This document shows, one piece after another, positions 1 to 7,940 of a stretch of 57,009 nucleotides of DNA. The DNA comes from an uncultured Deferribacteres bacterium (GTDB lineage Bacteria > Zhuqueibacterota > Zhuqueibacteria > Zhuqueibacterales > Geothermadaptataceae). The notes beneath the pieces are model-generated. The model worked only from the letters and a program-made list of their open reading frames with translations, was not told the origin of the DNA and did not search any database. The translations under genes were made by a program, and so were the position numbers. The stretch lies in assembly GCA_964014485.1 (NCBI GenBank), contig CAXHAT010000019.1, positions 1-57,009 of the forward strand. The letters run 5' to 3'. Positions within the stretch are counted from its first letter, which is position 1; every line of letters starts with the position of its first letter.

Positions 1-62
1 GACAAAACGGGGCCGTTCGACGGCTCGAAAATACAGTTTAGAAAAAAGTGTCAGGTAGAGAG
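1..62. repeat. Right end of a MITE-like element, truncated by the window edge; same family as 11888-12359
   Basis: gacaaaacgg...ggctcgaaaatacagtttagaaaaaagtgtcaggtagagag closely matches 12299-12359 (gacaaaacgagg...ggctcgaaaatgcagtttacaaaaagtgtcaggtagagag). Confidence 0.8.
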
Positions 63-63
63 A

Positions 64-78
64 CCTGAATAATTCAGG
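64..78. promoter_or_regulatory. Palindromic operator candidate at the predicted start site of the leftward promoter
   Basis: cctgaat-a-attcagg, perfect 7-bp arms, starting 6 nt downstream of the -10 box at 85-90. Confidence 0.35.
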
Positions 79-84
79 CTAAAC

Positions 85-113
85 AGTATAACCGGAGCCG
101 AACCTGCTTTCAA
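85..113 (-). promoter_or_regulatory. Sigma70-type promoter pointing leftward
   Basis: Minus strand reads TTGAAA-N17-TATACT. Confidence 0.6.
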
Positions 114-278
114 GCAAGAAGAGACGTACTCAGGAAGCGTTTGGGCCTTTTTCTTTTCAAAGAGCGGCGCGAAGAATCGGCTGGTGAAAGCGCGCGTGAT
201 TCACTATATTTTGCGGCTCCAAAAGCTCCTCGCATTCGCAACCCCAGGGCAGGACGTTAAATTTATTCGCCTTTTAAA

Positions 279-1157
279 ATGTCTAAAATCAAAGAACTCC
301 AAAATCTTCTTAAGCTGGAACAGCTTGAAGAAAATATTTTTCGCGGGGAAAGCGAGAACATTGGCAGCGGACGCGTTTTCGGCGGACAAGCTTTGGCGCA
401 GGCTTTGAGCGCCGCGTACGAAACCGTTTCACAGGATCGTTTTGTGCATTCGCTGCACGGCTATTTTATTCTCGCCGGGGATCATGACGTTCCGATCGTT
501 TATGAAGTTGACAGGATTCGCGACGGCGGCAGTTTCACCACGCGCCGCGTTGTAGCGATCCAAAAAGGACGGGCGATTTTCAACATGTCCGCTTCGTTCC
601 AAATTGAAGAAGAAGGCTTTGATCATCAAATTGACATGATCAATGTTCCGCCGCCCGAGTCGTTGATTAGCATGGAAAAATCGGCGGAATTGTACGGCAA
701 GAATTGGCCTGCGCCGGTAAGAAATTTTTACATGCAGAAACGCCCCATCGAATTTCGGCATGTTGAAGTGACAGACCCGATGAAGCCCGGCCATCGCCCG
801 CCAATCCGGCACGTGTGGATGCGTGCAAAATCCGATTTACCGAAAGACAAACGTCTACATCAAACGATTTTGGCCTACGCCTCGGATTATAATCTTTTGA
901 TCACGTCGATGCTGCCGCACAACATTCAGTTGTGGAGCCGAAACATGCAAGTCGCCAGCCTGGATCACGCCATGTGGTTCCATCGCGCTTTCCTTATGGA
1001 CGATTGGTTGCTTTACGCTCTGGACAGTCCCAGCGCTTCCAATGCGCGCGGATTTTGTCGGGGTAATATTTTTACGCGAGAAGGCGTGCTGGTGGCGTCA
1101 GTCACTCAGGAAGGGTTGATTCGACAGCGAAAGAAGAAGTCTCAAAAAAGCGGGTAA
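279..1157 (+). CDS. tesB: Acyl-CoA thioesterase II
   Basis: VFGGQALAQA, HSLHGYF, VDRIRDGGSFTTRRV, LAYASD, ASLDHAMWFH, VASVTQEGLIR motifs. Confidence 0.95.
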   Translation: MSKIKELQNLLKLEQLEENIFRGESENIGSGRVFGGQALAQALSAAYETVSQDRFVHSLHGYFILAGDHDVPIVYEVDRIRDGGSFTTRRVVAIQKGRAIFNMSASFQIEEEGFDHQIDMINVPPPESLISMEKSAELYGKNWPAPVRNFYMQKRPIEFRHVEVTDPMKPGHRPPIRHVWMRAKSDLPKDKRLHQTILAYASDYNLLITSMLPHNIQLWSRNMQVASLDHAMWFHRAFLMDDWLLYALDSPSASNARGFCRGNIFTREGVLVASVTQEGLIRQRKKKSQKSG

Positions 1158-1254
1158 TACATCGAAACAGGATGAAGATTTTGAGATGGCTATTGGCTGT
1201 GCAGAGACGTACCGAAATACGCCCCTGCAACTGACTCTTCATGATTTACCGGCT

Positions 1255-1662
1255 TCAAAACCAGGGTTTGTCTCCGGTGACATAGGTTTTTTCAAATTCA
1301 ATGTCGTCCAAGGTCAAATAGATAATGCCTTCGATAAGGCCGATAATCGCTGGAATCGCCGCAAGAATAAAAATGGTCAGGATAGAAACGAGCAGCATGA
1401 TCAGGCCTTGCACCGTGTAACCGAGATAGAATTTGTGGACGCCAAAACAGCCCAGGAAAATTGCAAACAGTCCTGCGGCGATTTTCTTTCGCGACGGGCC
1501 GGAAGTTAAGGGCCTGCCGCAACTCAGGCAGATGACTTGCTTTTGTTGAGTTTCCTTGCCGCAGTGGTTGCAAAATTTGTCACCGTCAGACGGCCTAAAG
1601 CCGCATTTTGTACAAGCAAAAGCGGCGTCGGCAATCTCATTTCCACAGTTTCTGCAGTACAT
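1255..1662 (-). CDS. Zinc-ribbon plus TM2-domain membrane protein
   Basis: Four CxxC motifs at the N-terminus; TM2 signature AGLFAIFLGCFGVHKFYLGY; AGGAGG RBS. Confidence 0.88.
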   Translation of the reverse strand: MYCRNCGNEIADAAFACTKCGFRPSDGDKFCNHCGKETQQKQVICLSCGRPLTSGPSRKKIAAGLFAIFLGCFGVHKFYLGYTVQGLIMLLVSILTIFILAAIPAIIGLIEGIIYLTLDDIEFEKTYVTGDKPWF

Positions 1663-1723
1663 TTTTAACCCCTCCTATGTTGGCATTCTCCTGCCGAATC
1701 CAAATGCCAATTTTTAGAAAAGA

Positions 1724-2782
1724 TTAACTCCGATCACGCCGCCAGCTTCCTTGAACCAGCGCAAGGACTCCGTTCCAGTTCAGCTTTTCAGCAGGGTTTT
1801 GCTGAAGCGCCTCACTAGCGGCGTGATCGTATTTAAAAGCCGCCAGATTCATCGCCATTGGACTGCGGAAATGCTCGCCGTGCAAAAATATTGCATTCTT
1901 GGCTTCAATAAAAACATTATCCGCGTCTATGGCGGGAACCCAGAGGGAGTGGACTTCCGGCGGGGCGACGCTTTCGTCTAACGTGAATTTGGCCAGGCAT
2001 TCGATTGCGTCAAATTTATAGACTTTGCCTTTTATCGTCAGGAGTTCAGAGCCGAATCTGGGCTCGACAATGGTCATTTTACAATTCGCGCAAGCATCCG
2101 CGCCGAAGTCGATCGCTTCCGTTTGCGGCGTACACCCCGTTAAGACCAAAAAACCGCTAACGGCCGCGACCCGTTTCAATAAAATTTTTTTGCGGCTCGG
2201 ATTGGCCGATAGCCGTTTTCGACTGTTCCACGCCGCTGCAACGGCCAATCCGAGTGAAAGAAAAATCATCCAACCGCCAAACGCCGGGTAAGAATTCGCC
2301 GTGAAATTGAGCAATTTCTTCGAACCGATAAGCGGCGGTTGATAAACCATCCCGGGGATTTTGATGGACGCTTTTTCCAAGTCGAGATTGTGCCCGTAGT
2401 CATAATTCCATAGATAAAAATCCGTCATTCCTGCTGCGCCCAGCACGACCAAAGCAATAATCCAGGCATGGAGCAGCTTCTTGCGATTGGCGGCGAAAAC
2501 CACGGCGCCGAACGCGATCATCAGTCCGATCAGGTACGGCATGAATTTCAATTCCGGAATCGAGTCCGGTACAATTTCCTTCATGCCGATGTAATGGTTC
2601 AGCCCGTTGATGTTTTGCAGATCGTGCGGCTTCACGCCAGTGATTGTATTTGACCAAATCAGCAGCCCAACGCCTTCCGGGTATTGCGGCGCGTCCAACG
2701 TGATTTTCCACAGAGGAAAAAAATATGTAAAAACAAGAAGCGCAGTCGCGACGCCGAAGAGAATTCTGGATTTTTTAGTCAT
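1724..2782 (-). CDS. nosL: Clade II nos accessory protein: NosB-like membrane domain fused to NosL
   Basis: N-half PLWKITLDAPQYPEG...NINGLNHYIGM with TM helices; C-half CANCKM, KFDAIEC, SPMAMNL; directly downstream of nosZ. Confidence 0.85.
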   Translation of the reverse strand: MTKKSRILFGVATALLVFTYFFPLWKITLDAPQYPEGVGLLIWSNTITGVKPHDLQNINGLNHYIGMKEIVPDSIPELKFMPYLIGLMIAFGAVVFAANRKKLLHAWIIALVVLGAAGMTDFYLWNYDYGHNLDLEKASIKIPGMVYQPPLIGSKKLLNFTANSYPAFGGWMIFLSLGLAVAAAWNSRKRLSANPSRKKILLKRVAAVSGFLVLTGCTPQTEAIDFGADACANCKMTIVEPRFGSELLTIKGKVYKFDAIECLAKFTLDESVAPPEVHSLWVPAIDADNVFIEAKNAIFLHGEHFRSPMAMNLAAFKYDHAASEALQQNPAEKLNWNGVLALVQGSWRRDRS

Positions 2783-2808
2783 GATATTTCTGGAGTTTTC
2801 GTCGTGAT

Positions 2809-2974
2809 AACCCTGACAGGGTTTGAAGCACTGTTGAAAGACCCCGAAATTGTCATGCTGTAAGCATCTTCTTTGATCCGACCCTTGAACTTTTGGGCGT
2901 TAACCATGCTGGGTGATAACAAAGATTCTTCCAGAATGACAAACCGGGGACCTTTCGACAGTCTCGTCAGGGTT
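2809..2974. repeat. Nested REP/MITE-like palindrome between nosZ and nosB-L
   Basis: aaccctgac...gtcagggtt outer arms, actgttgaaag...ctttcgacagt middle arms, tgtcatgctg...cagaatgaca inner arms; 2849-2944 aligns closely with 12209-12305. Confidence 0.8.
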
Positions 2975-2983
2975 GAGTTCGCG

Positions 2984-4951
2984 TTACGGTTTGTTATAGG
3001 AAATTTGTATGCTCGAATTCTCCGGCGAAACCCGAATGTAGCCTTGCATTTCCTGGTGCAGCGCGGAGCAAAAGTCGGTGCAATAGAACGGATAAACGCC
3101 AGGCTCTTTCGGTTCCCAGAGCAAGGTGCGCGTCTGTCCCGGCATCACCAAAAGCTCGGAATTGTTGGCGCCAAGTACGGCAAAGCCGTGCGGCACGTCC
3201 CAGTCCTGCTCGAGGTTTGTGACGTGGAAATAAACCTTGTCGCCGACCTTCGCGCCTTCGATGTTGTCCGGCATGAAGTGCGTGCGAATCGTCGTCATGG
3301 CGATGTGCAGATTGTTGCCGTCGCGCACGACTTTCGTCTCGTCCTCGCTTCTTGCTACAAACGGATGGTCGTTTTCTTCCAAAGAGAAGAACTTTTTGGT
3401 TTTGTCTTTGACGAGATCGGCGGCGATGGCCTGAGCGTAGTGCGGTTCGCCCATCGTAGGAAAGTCGAGCAGCAATTTCATCTTGTCGCCGCTGATGTCG
3501 ATGAGTTGCGCGGCGTGCGCCAATTCAGGGCCGGTCGGCAAGAAGCGATCCTTGGTGATTTTGTTGAGCGCGACCAGGTATTTGCCCCAGGGTTTCTGGC
3601 TGTCGCCGCCCGGGATGCTCAAGTGGCCAATCGAGTAATAAGCAGGGATGCGATCGACGACTTGCCACGTGCCGATTTTCCATTTGACGACTTCGGAAGA
3701 GATGAATGCTGAAGTATAGGCAAAGCCTTTTCCGTCAAATTCGGTGTGCAATGGTCCAAGCCCGCAATTCGAGACTTCGCCCGCCATAACCGATTCGTAT
3801 TTCAGCACGGGAATGCCGTCTATTTCGCGCTCGAACTCCTCGTTTTCAATTGCCTTCATCATTTTGGAGAAGGAGTGCACCGGGATCACCGTGGCAAGCT
3901 TTCCGCCTGCAACAATGTATTCGCCGGTGGGATCAACATCCACGCCGTGAGGTGATTTTGGCGTCGGCAGGAAGTAAACCATGCCCGGACAATCGCGGGT
4001 GTCGAGCACGCGAACCGAAGTTAATTCTTCCGATGTTGCCGTGTGCGTACTTTCATCCATGCGGTTGCGACGGTATTTTGCCGGCATCGTCTTGGCTTTG
4101 CCCGCCGCGATATATTCCTGCGCTTTCTGCCAGTTTACGGCGGCGATGAAATCCTTGTCGGCCTGTGAAGCATTCACTTCCAGAAGCGTATTCGCCTGCT
4201 CGGTGTTATAGCAGGTAAAAAACGACCATCCATGCGAAGGTCCGCGTCCGGAATGTGAAAGATCATAGTCAAAGCCAGGCATAATAATTTGAAAATCCAG
4301 GTCCATGTGTCCGTCTTCAGGGTCGACTTTGATAAAAGAAATCGTGCCCTTGAAGTTTTCCTTGTAGGAATCGATGGGCACGTCCTTCTGCGGAATCGGC
4401 ACGCTGAAGCGCGTGGACGCGACGACGTATTCGGTGTTCATCGTTACGAACGGCGAAGCGTGGTTGCCGCCGGAATTGGGAATTTCGATGATTTCGACGG
4501 TTTCAAAAGTGGAAAGATCAATGCGGGCGACGCGCGGCGTGTTGTTGGCGTTGATGAAAATATAACGCCCGTCCGGCACGCCGTTGGTTTGCGAGAGTTC
4601 GGGATGGTGCGAATCGTCCCAGGGCACAAAGCCGTGCGAGGTTTGCAGCATCGGCTTGGTTTCTTCGGCAAATCCGTAGGCGTTTTCCGGATAGACTGAG
4701 AAAACGGGAACTGTTCTCAAGAGTCTGCCGGAAGGAAGACCGTGAACCGTGATGTTGCCGCTAAATCCGCCGGACATGAAAGCGTAGAACTCGTCATATT
4801 CGCCGGGCGCGACATAAACCTGCTGGGCTGCGTCGTTAGAGCCGAGGTTCGCCGTCTTGGTTTGACATCCCCATTTCATCATCACAAGAACTGCAAGAGC
4901 TGTTGCGAAAACCGCCAAGCTCAGACGTTTGGAAGAATTAAAACTAAACAT
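2984..4951 (-). CDS. nosZ: Nitrous-oxide reductase, clade II (Sec/lipoprotein-type signal)
   Basis: CuZ motifs DSHH, GNH, PHG, GPLH, GH, EPH; CuA motif CTDFCSALHQEM; signal ends in WGC, no twin-arginine. Confidence 0.97.
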   Translation of the reverse strand: MFSFNSSKRLSLAVFATALAVLVMMKWGCQTKTANLGSNDAAQQVYVAPGEYDEFYAFMSGGFSGNITVHGLPSGRLLRTVPVFSVYPENAYGFAEETKPMLQTSHGFVPWDDSHHPELSQTNGVPDGRYIFINANNTPRVARIDLSTFETVEIIEIPNSGGNHASPFVTMNTEYVVASTRFSVPIPQKDVPIDSYKENFKGTISFIKVDPEDGHMDLDFQIIMPGFDYDLSHSGRGPSHGWSFFTCYNTEQANTLLEVNASQADKDFIAAVNWQKAQEYIAAGKAKTMPAKYRRNRMDESTHTATSEELTSVRVLDTRDCPGMVYFLPTPKSPHGVDVDPTGEYIVAGGKLATVIPVHSFSKMMKAIENEEFEREIDGIPVLKYESVMAGEVSNCGLGPLHTEFDGKGFAYTSAFISSEVVKWKIGTWQVVDRIPAYYSIGHLSIPGGDSQKPWGKYLVALNKITKDRFLPTGPELAHAAQLIDISGDKMKLLLDFPTMGEPHYAQAIAADLVKDKTKKFFSLEENDHPFVARSEDETKVVRDGNNLHIAMTTIRTHFMPDNIEGAKVGDKVYFHVTNLEQDWDVPHGFAVLGANNSELLVMPGQTRTLLWEPKEPGVYPFYCTDFCSALHQEMQGYIRVSPENSSIQISYNKP

Positions 4952-4992
4952 AAAATCTCCTCGTAGTTGGTTCGGTTTTTTTATTGGAATTA

Positions 4993-5053
4993 TGGATTGT
5001 TAGAATGGCGGAAAACAGTTTCCAGTTCGTTTTTCCAGCATTCTGACATTCCA
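4993..5053. repeat. Imperfect 23-bp-arm hairpin between the cytochrome c gene and nosZ
   Basis: tggattgttagaatggcggaaaa / ttttccagcattctgacattcca. Confidence 0.7.
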
Positions 5054-5590
5054 CTAATCCATCGCCCCTGTAGCTTGTTGACTCTTCTCAAAATCCCACC
5101 GCAAAAACTCAACGACGGCGCGCGCACTGGTTTCGTCCATGCCTTGCGGGCTCATGTCTCGCATGTATTGCTCCAGCAAGCCTTTGGCAACGGGGTGCTG
5201 CTGCGTCATACCTTTCGGGTTGAGAATCATGTTCATGATGTAGGTGGGGGAGCGGAAGTTCGTTATGCCGCGCAAGGCTGGTCCGACATACTGTTTACCC
5301 AATTTGTGGCAGGCGGAACATTTCATTTTGAAAATTTTAGCGCCGGTTTCAGCCAGCTTTTCATCCGGCAGAAAACTGAGTTTGACCTCTTTTTCAATGG
5401 GGCCAAAACCATGTTCTCTTTCAAAATTCGTTAGTCCGTCTTCTCCGCGCATGTTTGTCAGACCGCCGGCCATGAAACTTTGCGGAAAATGCGGATCGTC
5501 TTTGATTGCGGCATAGACCATGATCAAAGACAGCAGTGGAAACGCTACAAAAATGATAAGCGCAACGGTTAGTTTGCCTTGCTTGCCCAT
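5054..5590 (-). CDS. Membrane-anchored monoheme cytochrome c of the nos cluster (NosC-like)
   Basis: N-terminal TM helix, CSACH heme motif, GPAL, MILNP, distal Met; ATG at 5590 with GGGAG RBS (alternative GTG at 5608). Confidence 0.88.
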   Translation of the reverse strand: MGKQGKLTVALIIFVAFPLLSLIMVYAAIKDDPHFPQSFMAGGLTNMRGEDGLTNFEREHGFGPIEKEVKLSFLPDEKLAETGAKIFKMKCSACHKLGKQYVGPALRGITNFRSPTYIMNMILNPKGMTQQHPVAKGLLEQYMRDMSPQGMDETSARAVVEFLRWDFEKSQQATGAMD

Positions 5591-5660
5591 AACTTTTCTC
5601 CCATTCACGCGATTCTTTGGTTGCCATATTTCTTATCCTTCAATCATTAGTTGCGTTTAT

Positions 5661-5678
5661 AGCCAAAGCCTGTGCCAA
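5661..5678 (-). promoter_or_regulatory. Possible sigma54 (-24/-12) promoter for the nos cluster
   Basis: Minus strand TTGGCACAGGCTTTGGCT: perfect -24 box, TTGG instead of TTGC at -12. Confidence 0.35.
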
Positions 5679-5989
5679 GAAAAAATTGCAATACCACAAA
5701 CAAACGTAAGCGTCTTTTTTAACAATAGGTTTGGCCGTATAAGAAAATTTTAAGAGAAGCGAATGTTTCTTGAAAATGGGAAAACGGGAATTGGGTTTTC
5801 CAGGTTTGCGAATTGGCTGGTAAACAAAAAAATCCCGGCAACGAAGAAGCGTTGTCGGGATTTTCGGAAGATCAAAAAGGGCGGGAAATGGTTGAAGCAA
5901 CCCCATGAATGCAAACTATTTTTTGCAAGTCCAAGTGCTCGATTGTAGCATTGTTCGAACAGACGTAGGCCTTGAAAAAAACTCGCGTC

Positions 5990-7816
5990 TTATTTGCTCA
6001 GACTCGTGTCGACTTCCGCTTCAACGGCTTTGCAATTGTCTTTCGCCTGGGCGAGAAGCGTGTCTAACGTCTTTCTCATTTCCGCGTTAAATGCGTCGTC
6101 CTTCGTGTGCGGCAGATTGATGCGCACATTATAAATTGCGCCCTGTACTCCGGCCAGCGCCATCAGTGCGCCCACCCCGGCGTCGCTCATCACGGCCTCG
6201 TTGCCAACTTTAGCCGCACGCAGGCAAAGCGCCGTGGTTTCCAGACACAATTCAGCCGTGCGCAAAGGCACGCGTGCAGCGGATTTGTACCCTTCCCGCA
6301 TGGCTTGCGCCCGTGTTTTGCGCTGCGCTTCCGTGTCTTTTGCCATTCGCATTGCGGTGATCACTTCATTGAAAGCTTCGGTGTCGGCGTCGACTGCGGC
6401 GATAAGTTCGTCTTTTACCCGCTGAGCATTTTCAGCCAAGTCGCACAAATCTTCAAATTTTTCGTCAAACTCGCCTTTGCCCGCCGAAAGGTTTGCTACC
6501 ATTGAAGCCAGCGCGGCGCCAAGCGAGCCTGCCAGTGCAGCGATTGAACCGCCGCCCGGCGCAGGCGTGTCGCGCGAAACTTCATCCACAAAATCGACGA
6601 CTTTTTGGTTTACCAAAGCGCCGTTTTGCTTCGGCATGCCGATCACTTTTTTGTCAATTTCGAACGGCGCCACGTCGCGCAATCCCATCGATTGCGCCGC
6701 CGTCTCGACAAGATCGCGCACCGGGACGCCGGTGGATTTCATCATGCGTTTGAGATAAAATCTGCCGGCGTTTTGCATGGCTTCGAACGGAACTACGCCA
6801 ACCATTTCCGAGCCGCTAATCACGATGTTTCTTTCCTGCGCGAGAAGCTTTGCAGCTTCGTAAACCTCATGCGGCGCCGTAACTTTGTAGTTGGTGAGAT
6901 TCATGGACACTTGAGCACAGTTGAAATCTTCAACCACCCAGCCAATGCCTTTCACATGCGAGAAAAGCCCGTCTTTGAAAACAGGGTTGCCCGCCAAATT
7001 GTTGACGTCAAGGCCAATGTATCGATACTTGGCGAAAGCGTCGCGGTCGTGAGCGTCTTTGTAATGCTCGGCCAATTCATCGAATGTTGCGCCGACGAAC
7101 TCGCAATTGCCGCAAGTAAATTTGTTTTCCTCAAATTTTACGACCTCGCCCTTGTAGTAAAAAGGAGAGATGTTACCGGTTCTTTTCCAGCGCCCGCGCT
7201 CGCGCATTTCGTACGCCAGTTCATTCGCGTAGCGGCGATCCGTCGTGTTTAAATTTATGTTGTAAGCGATGAGAAATTCACGCGCGCCGACGGCGACGGC
7301 GCCGCTTTGGGCATTGAAATTCGCGGGGCCAAAATCCGGCTTCCACACCGGGTCGGCAAGCTTTTTCGAGAGACCTTCGTATTGACCGGATCGTACGGAC
7401 GCGAGGTTGCGACGGTCGTCTTTTGTCGCGGCGTTTTCATAAAGATAGACCGGGATTTTCAAAGTATCGCCAATACGTGCGCCCACCTCATTGGCGTACT
7501 TGACGCAATCTTCCATGGTTACGCCTGCGACGGGGATGAAGGGCAGTACATCGGTTGCGCCGAAACGCGCATGTTCGCCTGTCTGTGTACGCATGTCGAT
7601 CACTTCGGAAGCTTTTTGCACCGCCTTAAACGCTGCTTCTTTGACGGCTTCCGGCGCTCCTACAAAAGTGACGACCGTGCGGTTTGTGCTTTCGCCAGGG
7701 TCAACGTCGAGCAGTTCGACGCCCTGCACGGATTCGATTTGATCGGTAATTTGTTTGATGACGTTTTTGTCGCGGCCTTCCGAAAAATTGGGCACGCATT
7801 CTACAATTTTTTGCAT
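5990..7816 (-). CDS. ftcD: Bifunctional glutamate formiminotransferase / formiminotetrahydrofolate cyclodeaminase
   Basis: ECVPNFSEGR, NRTVVTFVG, GAREFLIAYNINL, QVSMNL, TPAPGGGSIAAL, YNVRINL; GGAGGAG RBS before MQKIV. Confidence 0.93.
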   Translation of the reverse strand: MQKIVECVPNFSEGRDKNVIKQITDQIESVQGVELLDVDPGESTNRTVVTFVGAPEAVKEAAFKAVQKASEVIDMRTQTGEHARFGATDVLPFIPVAGVTMEDCVKYANEVGARIGDTLKIPVYLYENAATKDDRRNLASVRSGQYEGLSKKLADPVWKPDFGPANFNAQSGAVAVGAREFLIAYNINLNTTDRRYANELAYEMRERGRWKRTGNISPFYYKGEVVKFEENKFTCGNCEFVGATFDELAEHYKDAHDRDAFAKYRYIGLDVNNLAGNPVFKDGLFSHVKGIGWVVEDFNCAQVSMNLTNYKVTAPHEVYEAAKLLAQERNIVISGSEMVGVVPFEAMQNAGRFYLKRMMKSTGVPVRDLVETAAQSMGLRDVAPFEIDKKVIGMPKQNGALVNQKVVDFVDEVSRDTPAPGGGSIAALAGSLGAALASMVANLSAGKGEFDEKFEDLCDLAENAQRVKDELIAAVDADTEAFNEVITAMRMAKDTEAQRKTRAQAMREGYKSAARVPLRTAELCLETTALCLRAAKVGNEAVMSDAGVGALMALAGVQGAIYNVRINLPHTKDDAFNAEMRKTLDTLLAQAKDNCKAVEAEVDTSLSK

Positions 7817-7940
7817 GAAAATCTCCTCCATAAACATAAAAACCTTCCAGCCCGAATTGCGAACTGGAAGGTTTGTTTTAAAACGATGACTGAACGCGAC
7901 GAATGTGGCGAATTCTCAAATAAAACTCAAGAAAATATCG

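Noticed and set aside
1680..1715. ttggcatt...aatgccaa hairpin with T-run as nos terminator
   Set aside because: T-tract is on the plus strand while flanking genes are minus; weak stem and long loop
2873..3712. 279-aa plus-strand ORF
   Set aside because: Antisense shadow of nosZ, starts inside a repeat, no recognisable motifs
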